Below are positions 1 through 9,132 of a stretch of 32,000 bases of DNA, piece by piece; within the stretch, counting starts at the first letter, position 1; every line of letters starts with the position of its first letter. The stretch is taken from the NCBI GenBank assembly GCA_015295805.1, contig DVEF01000053.1, forward strand, positions 15,007-47,006, read 5' to 3'. The DNA is from Geminocystis sp. M7585_C2015_104 (GTDB lineage: Bacteria; Cyanobacteriota; Cyanobacteriia; Cyanobacteriales; Cyanobacteriaceae). The notes beneath the pieces are model-generated. The model was not told where the DNA came from, searched no databases, and worked only from the letters and a program-made list of their open reading frames with translations. Both the position numbers and the translations under genes were made by a program.

Positions 1-238
1 CTTCTCGGAGGGATTGTTTGTCTAAAATAGTACCCACTCCCACCCGACAGGAGGGGAATTCTGTCCTAAGATATTCTATCAGTTTTAGCGGCTGGTCACT
101 GTTCCAGGTGACCTCAATTAGTTTCACCCCAGCCTGTGCCACAGCTTGTGCCTTTTTTTTTCCTTCCTGCCAGTCCCCTGCCCGAATTACCGCGATAATA
201 CGGCTGGTTTTTAGTAGGGTAAGCCACTGTTGTAACAT
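1..238 (-). CDS. eda: KDPG / 4-hydroxy-2-oxoglutarate aldolase, N-terminal part (gene runs off the left edge)
   Basis: Minus-strand frame is open from the ATG (238-236) to position 2. Translation is MLQQWLTLLKTSRIIAVIRAGDWQEGKKKAQAVAQAGVKLIEVTWNSDQPLKLIEYLRTEFPSCRVGVGTILDKQSLRE. The pattern IAVIR...IEVTWNS...GVGTIL is typical of Eda-type class I aldolases. It is not in the supplied ORF track because its stop lies outside the window. Confidence 0.8.
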   Translation of the reverse strand, partial: MLQQWLTLLKTSRIIAVIRAGDWQEGKKKAQAVAQAGVKLIEVTWNSDQPLKLIEYLRTEFPSCRVGVGTILDKQSLRE

Positions 239-329
239 TGTAGTATAGGAGAAGAAATGGAAATTGATTATTCTTCATGGATAACTAATAATTGTTCAAT
301 AGTAGTTATTGGTGTAGGGGCACAAAGAC

Positions 330-1526
330 GTGAGAATTCTGGTTCTGTCATGGGAGTTTCCGCCAAGGATTGTGGGAGGCATAGCGCGCCATGTGTCAGA
401 GTTGTATCCGGAAATAGTAAAGTTGGGGGATCAAGTACATCTAATCACCGTAAAACCGGACGGTGTAACAGCGGCGGCGGAAGAAGAAGTAGAAGGGATT
501 AGGGTATATAGAGTGTCTGTTAACCCTAATGATAACTTTTTTTCCTGGGTAGCGCAAATGAACCAGTCCATGTTAGCCGCTGCCGAGGAGCTGATTCGTA
601 ATACTGGTAGTTTTGATATTATTCATGCCCATGACTGGCTGGTGGCGGATAGTGCCATTACTCTGAAACATCGTTATAAAATACCTCTGATTGCAACTAT
701 TCATGCTACAGAGTATGGTCGTCACAACGGGATACACAATCAGACTCAGGCCTATGTGGCTTCTAAGGAGGGTTCATTGGTGTATGAAGCTTGGCGGGTA
801 ATTGTCTGTAGCGAGTATATGCGGTGGGAGGTGAATCGTGCCCTAGGGTGCCCCAGGGATAAGATAGATGTGATTTATAATGGCATTCGGCCGGAAAAAA
901 AGCAACACCCCCCCGATTTTAACAAAGTAGAATTCCGTCGTCGTTTTGCCCAGGAGCATGAGAAAATCATATACTATGTGGGGCGGATGACCTATGAGAA
1001 GGGGATACATGTTTTACTGAAGGCAGCCGGTAAAGTGTTGCAGGAGTTACATGGCAATGCCAAATTTGTGATTATTGGTGGGGGTGATACCAGTTTTTAT
1101 AAACAACTGGCCCACAGTCTAGGCATTGCCCATCACTGTTTGTTTACCGGGTTTATGTCGGAGGAGGATTTGCATCGTTTCACCACTGTGGCCGACTGTG
1201 CCGTTTTTCCCAGTTTATATGAGCCCTTTGGTATTGTAGTGTTGGAGAGTTTTGCCTCTAGGGTGCCGGTAGTGGTTTCTGATGCTGGGGGACTTCCCGA
1301 AGTAGTACGACATACTCAGACCGGGATAGTCACCCAAGCCAACAATCCCCATTCTCTTGCCTGGGGGATTTTAGAGGTTTTAAAAAATCCCGAATATGCC
1401 CGATACATGGTGGAAAACGCCTATAAGGACCTAGCAGTTCGTTTTCACTGGCCCTCTTTAGCTAGACAAACCCAAAACACCTATCAACTGGTTGTCAGCC
1501 AGAGGAAGGCCACTAGCTGGTTATGA
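330..1526 (+). CDS. Glycosyltransferase, GT4 / group 1 family
   Basis: 398-aa ORF with a GTG start. The N-terminus MRILVLSWEFPPRIVGGIARHV and the C-terminal PSLYEPFGIVVLESFA...PVVVSDAGGLPEVV (E-x7-E-like region) are typical of retaining GT-B group 1 glycosyltransferases. Confidence 0.85.
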   Translation: MRILVLSWEFPPRIVGGIARHVSELYPEIVKLGDQVHLITVKPDGVTAAAEEEVEGIRVYRVSVNPNDNFFSWVAQMNQSMLAAAEELIRNTGSFDIIHAHDWLVADSAITLKHRYKIPLIATIHATEYGRHNGIHNQTQAYVASKEGSLVYEAWRVIVCSEYMRWEVNRALGCPRDKIDVIYNGIRPEKKQHPPDFNKVEFRRRFAQEHEKIIYYVGRMTYEKGIHVLLKAAGKVLQELHGNAKFVIIGGGDTSFYKQLAHSLGIAHHCLFTGFMSEEDLHRFTTVADCAVFPSLYEPFGIVVLESFASRVPVVVSDAGGLPEVVRHTQTGIVTQANNPHSLAWGILEVLKNPEYARYMVENAYKDLAVRFHWPSLARQTQNTYQLVVSQRKATSWL

Positions 1527-1772
1527 ATTTTCCTCCCCGTCCATTCCTAGGGAGTAATAGCCCCTTTCTAATCCTTCCCATAGAAGGTTCAGACGTTCAA
1601 GGGCTTGGGAGGTGGAGATTTTCCCTGCTGTGTGTAGGGCCTCTACCATGGACACTTTTTGGGCGAATTCTTGGAGATTGCAGTTAAACAACCAGTTTTC
1701 CGGAGTGAACACCCCTCCATAATGCCAGCAGGGAAATAACATTTCTCTCATTACCATTTTTGCTTCCCTCAT
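1521..1772 (-). CDS. Small hypothetical protein (83 aa)
   Basis: The ORF is preceded by a strong SD: the minus strand reads GGAGGtgtgctATG. It converges on the glycosyltransferase gene with a 6-nt overlap at the stops. I recognise no family. Confidence 0.5.
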   Translation of the reverse strand: MREAKMVMREMLFPCWHYGGVFTPENWLFNCNLQEFAQKVSMVEALHTAGKISTSQALERLNLLWEGLERGYYSLGMDGEENS

Positions 1773-2215
1773 AGCACACCTCCTTCCTCAGTGGGGCTAG
1801 GTATTTTATTTGTTGTTAGAATTGAATCAGTTTGCCGAAAAAGGGATAAGAAGGAAAAAAGCAAGTACAAACCAGTCCTTTTTGGCTTTTGGACGGACAC
1901 ACGCCTTAACCGCCGCGGAGGAAGGAGTCTATTCCTCCCCTTCCCTTTCCCGGTTTTTATATCGGTCTTTGGCCTTTCTGCCGTTTCAACCTTTTTTAAC
2001 TTTTTAACTTTCTCGGGTCTAACTTTCTTGGGTCAATGGCGAAGGGCGAACCCACCCGTATTGCCCACTTCCATTTTCAGCTTAACATCTTCACCTTAAA
2101 TTGTCAAGGGCTTCTCTTTTTAAAGTTGTCGTAATTTCCTGAAATTTTGTTCGGTAAACTCCCCATCTCTGCTAGGTATTTTCACACAAAAATAAGACGA
2201 TAATTACCTAGGTAT

Positions 2216-4033
2216 TTATGGAGCAATTAACTGGTTTTTATCTGTAATTATTGGGGGTTTTTTTTCTCGGGTATAGTCGCGATATTTTACTGTAATTTTT
2301 CTCAAGTCTACTGACATTTTTGCGGCCACGGCGGGAGTCTCTTCAACGTCGAAGTTGGGTACAAACAAATAACTAATACGGGGGAGATGGAAATGGAGTT
2401 TCACAAGATTTGCCCCCTCCATTCTGCCCACTGTCATACTGGCACAACCCTCATATAATCGTAACAGTGTGGGAAGAGAGTCAAGACTGTTAATATGGAC
2501 TAAAAGGCCGTTTTCAGATAGTTTCCCAAAGGGGGTTTGCAGGCATATTTGTTCAATTAACTGCAGGTTGCCGACTTTTAGTAGTAATTCGTCGGCGATG
2601 AGACAGGCGGCTTGATAACTGCCAAATAGGGCTTTTATGTCTGCTTTTAGTTGGGGTGACAAGTGACGCAGGCTGGGGCGTTTGCGAAAGTTACTGAGGG
2701 CCAGATACACCAGTATGTCCTGACGACGTCTGATGACTATTTGTTCCCATTCTTGTTCATCAGTGGCTTGTAGAATTACTTTGAATGCCCTTTTGTAGCC
2801 GCCGAATTCTTTTTTGATTTCCGCCTCCTGAGGTAATTCGCCTTTTTCTGGCAGTCTTCCCCTTTCACTGTAAAATGCCATTAATGGTTTCAACAATTCC
2901 CCGTAGTCAGCAAATTTCTTGGAGGGGGATAATACCCGTGGAGATTTAAGACGGGAGTGGAAGCGAGATGCCCTAAATTCTTCCGCTTTTTGGGGATTTC
3001 TAAATACTAAAAAAATCCCCAAATCCATGGGCAATGCCTCTCGTTTTAATACCTGTTCTATGTAGGATTTCAGTTCCTCTTGTTCATAGTATTTCTGAAA
3101 GGTATTTTTCTCTGTAATTATACCGTCTCCGTAGGCAAATTCTCCCTTCCGCTGGTATATTAAAACTTGGGCAGACACGATTAAAATTTGCCTGGCCAAA
3201 GACCAAGCTTTTAGAAGTGCTTCTCGTCTTTCAGTGACATTTTCGATGACATTTATGACATAGCCAAGATTGACAATGTCTGCTTCCTTTAGGGGATTAT
3301 CTGGGAAATAATAGGGATCCCAACCAGCACTTTCATATCCCTTTTCCGCCATTATTTTAACATCAACCCCATGGCCACAACCATAGTCAAAAAAGGTCAT
3401 TCCCGGCTGAAACAAACCGGCTTCTAACACTAGTCTAACTGGGCGGGAAAGGGTATTCCTGCGAATAGCGGCACGATGTCTTTCTATCTGGAAAAACTGT
3501 CGGGGGTTGTTGTGCAGACTACACACCAGATTGTGGGCCACAAAACAAATATTGTTGTCTAATAGTAGTCTTTGCCATTGTCGGAGATGGCCGATATGAC
3601 TGGGGTTGTCTAGAAGTCCAAGTTTTTCTTCTATTTGAGTGAGATGGGCGAATTCTTCATACTGGGGATGTTGTGGGGGCAAAAAGGTTTCTTTTCTGTG
3701 GAGAATGGGGGGATTTTCTGATTGGGTATAGTCGACTATATTGTAACTTTTGTCTTGGATATTTACGACAATACTCCTGGCGAGAATAGGGTGAGGATTT
3801 TCCCAGAAATCGGGGTAGAAGAGATAAGAAATTTTGGGCTCGTCCAGGGCAAATTTGATAACATTAAAATCAGAGATGTTGGGAAGGATTTTTCTGGCTT
3901 TTAACTCGTACTGTTGTAGGGTCCAATCTAGGAGTTGGAGGGCGCAGACGTGAATGTATAGGCTGTCGGGTAGCAGTTTCCCAACTCTACTTCTCCGCAA
4001 CAATAGGGAGATTTGCTGGAAGTTATCCACCAT
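2216..4033 (-). CDS. Large class I SAM-dependent methyltransferase, resembles the DNA phosphorothioation-associated putative methyltransferase family
   Basis: 605-aa ORF. SAM-binding motif I, DYGCGHG (residues 216-222, nt 3368-3388), is followed by DIVNLGYVINVIE (post-I/II region). Long N- and C-terminal extensions have no motif I recognise. The family assignment (dnd_rel_methyl type) is from memory of similar cyanobacterial annotations and has not been searched. Confidence 0.6.
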   Translation of the reverse strand: MVDNFQQISLLLRRSRVGKLLPDSLYIHVCALQLLDWTLQQYELKARKILPNISDFNVIKFALDEPKISYLFYPDFWENPHPILARSIVVNIQDKSYNIVDYTQSENPPILHRKETFLPPQHPQYEEFAHLTQIEEKLGLLDNPSHIGHLRQWQRLLLDNNICFVAHNLVCSLHNNPRQFFQIERHRAAIRRNTLSRPVRLVLEAGLFQPGMTFFDYGCGHGVDVKIMAEKGYESAGWDPYYFPDNPLKEADIVNLGYVINVIENVTERREALLKAWSLARQILIVSAQVLIYQRKGEFAYGDGIITEKNTFQKYYEQEELKSYIEQVLKREALPMDLGIFLVFRNPQKAEEFRASRFHSRLKSPRVLSPSKKFADYGELLKPLMAFYSERGRLPEKGELPQEAEIKKEFGGYKRAFKVILQATDEQEWEQIVIRRRQDILVYLALSNFRKRPSLRHLSPQLKADIKALFGSYQAACLIADELLLKVGNLQLIEQICLQTPFGKLSENGLLVHINSLDSLPTLLRLYEGCASMTVGRMEGANLVKLHFHLPRISYLFVPNFDVEETPAVAAKMSVDLRKITVKYRDYTREKKPPIITDKNQLIAP

Positions 4034-4177
4034 ATCTGGCAGGGGGACAATCTTGTTTTTTATTGTAGAGCAAGTAGGACAATTTGCCCACTTTTGCGCA
4101 CATTTTGGGTTAGAATAGAGGATCGGTCATTTAAAAAACTAGGCTTATTGTTAAGTATTGTTGAGAGCCGTTAAGAT

Positions 4178-5071
4178 ATGCCCTATGCCAGAACAATAAG
4201 CGCCCTAATTGCCATAGGAATAGCAGTGGGGATAACTGTGTTGGGGGGGTTGTATTTCACGATTTTTTTTGGGATTATAGTATTTTTGGCGCAGTTGGAG
4301 TACTTCCGTCTGGTAAAAGCCAAGGGAATCGAACCAGCGGGCAAGACTACGATAGTGGTGTCGCAGTTGTTATTGTTGACGGCTACCTATTATCCTAACC
4401 TAACAGATGCCACTTTTGCTCTGGCAGGGGCGTTGATTTGTTTTTATCTGTTGTTTCAACCCAAGTTGGCGACAATTGCAGATATTTCTACTTCCATTTT
4501 GGGGTTATTTTATGTGGGGTATTTGCCCAGTTATTGGATTCGTTTACGGGTAAGTTTAGATCAGAATAGTGCCTATGCCCAGGTGGTAGCCAATAGGTCA
4601 AATTTGCCCTTGGGAGGATATTTTCCGGAAAATTTTTGGGATTTTAATAGTTTTCCCGACGCCCTGAAGATTACCCTGGTGGCAATGGCTTGTATTTGGG
4701 CAGCGGATATTGGGGCTTATTTAGTAGGGAAGAATTTTGGGAAAATGAAACTATCGCAAATCAGTCCAAAAAAGACGGTGGAGGGTTCGATTTTTGGGAT
4801 AATAGCCAGTATCATTATAGGAATAATTGGAGCCTGGTTTTTGAAATGGCATGCCTGGGTGTTAACCGGTTTTTGTTTGGGATTGCTGATTGGGGTAGTA
4901 AGTCTACTGGGGGATTTGACAGAGTCTTTGATGAAGAGGGATGCGGGGGTTAAAGACTCCGGGCAGTTAATACCAGGACATGGTGGCATTTTAGACCGAA
5001 CCGACAGTTATGTGTTTACTGCTCCACTTGTGTACTATTTTGTGACTTTATTCCTGCCCTTGTTTTCCTAA
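4178..5071 (+). CDS. cdsA: Phosphatidate cytidylyltransferase (CDP-diglyceride synthase)
   Basis: 297-aa polytopic membrane protein with the CdsA signature SLMKRDAGVKDSGQLIPGHGGILDRTDS near the C-terminus. Confidence 0.9.
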   Translation: MPYARTISALIAIGIAVGITVLGGLYFTIFFGIIVFLAQLEYFRLVKAKGIEPAGKTTIVVSQLLLLTATYYPNLTDATFALAGALICFYLLFQPKLATIADISTSILGLFYVGYLPSYWIRLRVSLDQNSAYAQVVANRSNLPLGGYFPENFWDFNSFPDALKITLVAMACIWAADIGAYLVGKNFGKMKLSQISPKKTVEGSIFGIIASIIIGIIGAWFLKWHAWVLTGFCLGLLIGVVSLLGDLTESLMKRDAGVKDSGQLIPGHGGILDRTDSYVFTAPLVYYFVTLFLPLFS

Positions 5072-5126
5072 AGAAAGGGAGTATGAAGTTATTTTGAGTG
5101 GTTGGTTTGTCCCTCCCGGGGCTAAC

Positions 5127-5132
5127 TATAAT
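5127..5132 (+). promoter_or_regulatory. Possible -10 box (TATAAT) for hoxH
   Basis: A perfect TATAAT lies 36 nt upstream of the hoxH ATG, in the 96-nt cdsA-hoxH spacer. GGAGGA at 5148-5153 could serve as the SD. No convincing -35 is present. Confidence 0.25.
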
Positions 5133-5167
5133 CAAGATGTAACACTTGGAGGAAAAGGGGGGAAAAG

Positions 5168-6598
5168 ATGACAAGGACTATTATAATCGACCCGGTGACT
5201 CGCATTGAAGGACATGCCAAAATTTCTATTCACCTCAACGACAAGGGAGAGGTGGAGACAGCCAGATTTCATGTGGTGGAGTTTAGGGGGTTTGAGAAAT
5301 TCTGTGAAGGCCGTCCTCTGTTTGAAATGGCGGGCATTACAGCAAGAATATGTGGGATTTGTCCCGTGAGTCACCTGTTAGCCTCTTCCAAGGCGGGGGA
5401 TAAGATACTGGGGGTTAAGATTCCACCGGCGGCAGAGAAGTTACGTCGTTTGATGAATTTGGCGCAAATAGTCCAGTCTCATGCCTTGTCCTTTTTCCAT
5501 TTGAGTAGCCCGGATTTTCTCCTGGGATGGGATTGTAACCCGGCCACCCGCAATGTATTTGGTTTAATTAGGGAGAATCCGGACTTAGCCAGGGCAGGGA
5601 TTCGTCTAAGGGGTTTTGGCCAGAGGATTATTGAACTGTTGGGTGCGAGGAAAATCCACGCGGCTTGGACAGTGCCGGGCGGGGTGAGGTCGCCCTTGTC
5701 GACAACGGGCAGGGATTGGATCATGGAGAATCTGCCGGAGGCAAAACAGACTGTTAATAGGGCCTTAGATTTGTTTAAACGCCTGTTGGACACCCAGCTA
5801 CACACCGAGGTGGAGGTATTTGGCAAATTTGATTCCCTGTTTATGGGGTTGGTGGCGCCCAACGGCAACTGGGAACATTATGGGGGGCATATTCGTTTTG
5901 TAGACAGTCAAGGGAATATTGTGGCCGACGGGCTTTCAGAGGATGACTATCAAAGCTTTTTAGGGGAGGCGGTGGAGAATTGGTCCTATTTGAAGTTCCC
6001 CTATTACAAGCCCCACGGCTATCCAGATGGAATTTATCGGGTGGGGCCTTTAGCGCGTCTAAATATTTGTGAGAGAATGGGCACCCTAGGTGGGGATAGA
6101 GAGTTGATAGAATTCCGCCAACGGGCCGGGGGTAGGGTGGCTACTTCCTCCTTCTTCTACCATTATGCCCGTCTAGTAGAGATTCTTACGGCTCTGGAAT
6201 ACATTGAGCAAATGATGGAGGACCCAGACTTGTTATCCCCTAGAGTAAGGGCGGAGGCTGGCATTAACTATCTGGAGGGAGTAGGGGTAAGTGAGGCGCC
6301 AAGGGGCACTCTTTTCCATCACTATCAGGTAGACGAAAACGGCTTAGTCAAGAAGGTTAACCTGATTATTGCCACTGGCCAAAATAATTTAGCCATGAAT
6401 AGGACTATCACTCAGATCGCTAAGCACTACATACATGGCACAGAGATACCAGAAGAAATGTTAAACCGAGTAGAGGCGGGAATTAGAGCCTTTGATCCTT
6501 GTTTGAGTTGTTCCACCCATGCCCTGGGGCAGATGCCCTTATATATCGAACTGGTGTCTGCCGATGGGGAAATTTTGGACCTTTGCCGCCGGGACTAA
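5168..6598 (+). CDS. hoxH: Bidirectional [NiFe] hydrogenase large subunit
   Basis: 476 aa. The N-terminus is [14 protein letters not shown], with [10 protein letters not shown] as the N-terminal Ni-binding CxxC. The C-terminal DPCLSCSTH is followed by a 25-aa tail ([25 protein letters not shown]), as expected for a protease-cleaved extension. Confidence 0.92.
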   Translation: MTRTIIIDPVTRIEGHAKISIHLNDKGEVETARFHVVEFRGFEKFCEGRPLFEMAGITARICGICPVSHLLASSKAGDKILGVKIPPAAEKLRRLMNLAQIVQSHALSFFHLSSPDFLLGWDCNPATRNVFGLIRENPDLARAGIRLRGFGQRIIELLGARKIHAAWTVPGGVRSPLSTTGRDWIMENLPEAKQTVNRALDLFKRLLDTQLHTEVEVFGKFDSLFMGLVAPNGNWEHYGGHIRFVDSQGNIVADGLSEDDYQSFLGEAVENWSYLKFPYYKPHGYPDGIYRVGPLARLNICERMGTLGGDRELIEFRQRAGGRVATSSFFYHYARLVEILTALEYIEQMMEDPDLLSPRVRAEAGINYLEGVGVSEAPRGTLFHHYQVDENGLVKKVNLIIATGQNNLAMNRTITQIAKHYIHGTEIPEEMLNRVEAGIRAFDPCLSCSTHALGQMPLYIELVSADGEILDLCRRD

Positions 6599-6698
6599 TA
6601 AGGGGTTAGTATGTGGGGGCTTATGAACCATGGCCCTCACCCCACCCCAGGCCCAAAAAAATTAAACAATGGGAATAACAATCAATTAGTGGTGAAAA

Positions 6699-6962
6699 AT
6701 GTCTAGGGAGAATTTATATTTATGTATGGGATCGGCCTGTCATCAGTTGGGGGTTTATGAGGTTTTGCCCAAGTTACAAAGACTAATTAAGGAATACGAA
6801 ATTGAGGAAATTGTAGAGCTAAAGGGGTGTTTTTGTCTAGAAACCTGCAGTTCTGGGATTGTAATGAAATATAAGGACCGTCTTTTTATTAATATCAGCC
6901 CACAAAATTTGGAGGAAAAATTCATAAGAGAAATTCTGCCCTGCGTGCGTGGGGGTATGTAG
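6699..6962 (+). CDS. Thioredoxin-like [2Fe-2S] ferredoxin family protein
   Basis: 87 aa with Cys9-x4-Cys14...Cys46-x3-Cys50. This is the C-x4-C-x(about 30)-C-x3-C pattern of NuoE/HoxE-type thioredoxin-like 2Fe-2S ferredoxins. It sits 100 nt downstream of hoxH. Confidence 0.7.
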   Translation: MSRENLYLCMGSACHQLGVYEVLPKLQRLIKEYEIEEIVELKGCFCLETCSSGIVMKYKDRLFINISPQNLEEKFIREILPCVRGGM

Positions 6963-7045
6963 GAGTGGAACTTGTCTATACCAGGGGGGTGGGGCTCTAC
7001 CCCTAAGGGGCGTATAATGGTACTGTTGTGTGCCAGGGGAGTATT

Positions 7046-7924
7046 ATGGGGAAAATTTGGGAGTTAGATTTCTACTCACGTCCCATTTTAGATGAGAACA
7101 AGAAGAAGTTATGGGAAGTATTAATCTGTGAAAGTCCGACTACGGTGGATACAGACTTGAACAGTTTGTTTCGTTATTCCCAATTTTGTGGCAATCAGGA
7201 GGTAAATTCCATCACCTTAGCTAAGGCTATAGATAGGGCAATAAAGGAGTCGGGGGAGGCACCCAGTAAAATTCGCTTTTTCCGGAAACAGATGAATAAC
7301 ATGATAAAAAAAGGATGTGAGGCAGTGGGAATTCCCGCTGTAGCTTCTCGTAGAACCTACTTTCTGCAGCAGTGGTTGGCAGAGAGGATGGCGAATTTTT
7401 ATCCCCAACAGGCGGGGTATGATGAGACGGCATCTACCAGTGGGGGGATTCAGTATTTGCCTACGACTCCTATTGCTTTGCCGGATGCCCTAAGGGGGGA
7501 TAGGAATGACAAATGGGCCTTGGTAACGCTACAGGCAGGGGAATTGAGGGAGATGGGGGAGTGGGATATTGCCTTTGGGGAGGCTTTCCCCCTAGAAATG
7601 GCATCTATCTCTGATGAGACAAAGATTCCAGGATTGCTGGTTTTCTCCTCTCGAGCTTTGCCCCTGGCTGCTTGGATGTCAGGGTTGGAATTGGCCCATT
7701 TACGTCTAGAAAGGGAGAAGACTAATCCCCCTTGTCTCTGTTTGGAAACGGGGGCCAGTGATAGCTGGATTCTGGCCAGTATAACAGATAACAATACCCT
7801 GGAGGAGGCCTTGGGGTTTGAAAGGGTAAAAAAGAAGGCTAATGGGGTTCATTTTCTGGCTATCCAGTCTTCCCCCTCCTCTCAGTCTTTTGCAGCCTTT
7901 TGGTTGCTTTTGGAGCAGGGATAA
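7046..7924 (+). CDS. Tab2-family RNA-binding protein (DUF1092)
   Basis: The N-terminus MGKIWELDFYSRPILDENKKKLWEVLICESP is the hallmark start of Tab2/ATAB2 homologues. I prefer the ATG at 7046 over the GTG at 7028. Confidence 0.8.
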   Translation: MGKIWELDFYSRPILDENKKKLWEVLICESPTTVDTDLNSLFRYSQFCGNQEVNSITLAKAIDRAIKESGEAPSKIRFFRKQMNNMIKKGCEAVGIPAVASRRTYFLQQWLAERMANFYPQQAGYDETASTSGGIQYLPTTPIALPDALRGDRNDKWALVTLQAGELREMGEWDIAFGEAFPLEMASISDETKIPGLLVFSSRALPLAAWMSGLELAHLRLEREKTNPPCLCLETGASDSWILASITDNNTLEEALGFERVKKKANGVHFLAIQSSPSSQSFAAFWLLLEQG

Positions 7925-7967
7925 ATGATAATGGTTGACGTTGATTAGGGATGTGGAAGAAGCTAGC

Positions 7968-8555
7968 ATGAGTGAAAGGGTTGTGATTACGGGGAAAGGT
8001 ATTCCTCTGGTGGGGAATGATATTGACACTGATAGGATTATCCCAGCTCGTTTTCTAAGATGTGTGACGTTTGAGGGATTAGAAGAACACGTATTCGAGG
8101 ATGACAGGAAGGCTTTGAATGGGAAACACCCCTTTGACATGCCACAGTATCAGGGGGCGAAGATACTAGTAGTAAATGCGAACTTCGGGTGTGGTTCAAG
8201 TAGGGAACATGCGCCGCAAGCCATTGCCCGTTGGGGTATAGAGGCGATAGTGGGGGAGAGTTTTGCGGAGATTTTCTTTGGCAACTGTTTAGCTATGGGT
8301 ATCCCCTGTGTCACTTCTACCCCGGAAAACATCAAGAGTATTCAGAATCTGTTACAGGAAAACCCAGATATTACCATGACTCTGGATTTGGAAACTATGA
8401 AAGTAAGATGTGGTCATTATAGTTGTAGCGTAAGGATGCCCTCAGGGGCAAGGAATATGTTAATAACAGGACAGTGGGACACTTGTGGCCTATTGTTGAA
8501 GAATAAGAATCAGATTCATGAGACTGCCAAAAGGTTACCCTATCTTTCCTGGTAA
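7968..8555 (+). CDS. leuD: 3-isopropylmalate dehydratase small subunit
   Basis: MSERVVITGKGIPLVGNDIDTDRIIPARFLRCVTFEGL...NFGCGSSREHAPQA is a typical LeuD. I prefer the ATG at 7968 over the upstream TTG at 7935. Confidence 0.9.
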   Translation: MSERVVITGKGIPLVGNDIDTDRIIPARFLRCVTFEGLEEHVFEDDRKALNGKHPFDMPQYQGAKILVVNANFGCGSSREHAPQAIARWGIEAIVGESFAEIFFGNCLAMGIPCVTSTPENIKSIQNLLQENPDITMTLDLETMKVRCGHYSCSVRMPSGARNMLITGQWDTCGLLLKNKNQIHETAKRLPYLSW

Positions 8556-8574
8556 AGGGAAAACAGGGATTAAT

Positions 8575-9132
8575 ATGAAGGGATTGCTGCTGACAGGGTT
8601 TATGGTGTTGACGACATTATTCCCTGTAAGAGGGGAAAGAGGCTTAGTTTCGCCGGAAAGTGGTGTTAATTATGAGAAACTGGCTAGGTATTTGGAGGGG
8701 GGGGATTGGCGACGGGCCAATGAGGAGACAAGGGATTTATTATTGGCGGCTACTGGGAGGAAAATGGTGGGATGGATGAGGCTAGAGGACATTAGAAATA
8801 TCCCCTGTTGGGACTTGAAAACAATAGATCGGTTGTGGTATGAGTCTTCCGGAGGCCTCTTTGGATTAAGGACACAGTTGAAGGTTTTCTTGGAGACGGG
8901 AAATCGCCCCGGAAAACTCACTAACGATGAGAATTATAATCGTTTTGGGGAAAAAGTAGGCTGGCGTAGGAACAACGATTGGATTATTTTCATTGAGAAT
9001 CTGGACTACAGTCTAAATGCCCCTAGGGGACATTTGCCCAACATCCGCTCAGAATATTCTATTGGTGGGGGGAGACTGTATTATACCACCCTGGCGGAGA
9101 GACTGGTGCAGTGTAATATGGGGAAAAACTAG
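8575..9132 (+). CDS. GUN4-domain protein with a hydrophobic N-terminus
   Basis: GDWRRANEETRDLLL...IPCWDLKTIDRLWYESSGGLFGLRTQLKVF...GWRRNNDWI...LNAPRGHLP matches the GUN4 porphyrin-binding core. The ATG at 8575 gives the start MKGLLLTGFMVLTTLFPV, which looks like a signal peptide or membrane anchor. Confidence 0.8.
   Translation: MKGLLLTGFMVLTTLFPVRGERGLVSPESGVNYEKLARYLEGGDWRRANEETRDLLLAATGRKMVGWMRLEDIRNIPCWDLKTIDRLWYESSGGLFGLRTQLKVFLETGNRPGKLTNDENYNRFGEKVGWRRNNDWIIFIENLDYSLNAPRGHLPNIRSEYSIGGGRLYYTTLAERLVQCNMGKN

Noticed and set aside
1791-2099. Track ORFs 1791-2099(+) and 1810-2007(+)
   Set aside because: Their translations are low-complexity and Phe/Leu/Arg-rich, driven by T-rich sequence. 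They lack an SD, use non-ATG or weak starts, and overlap each other in different frames.
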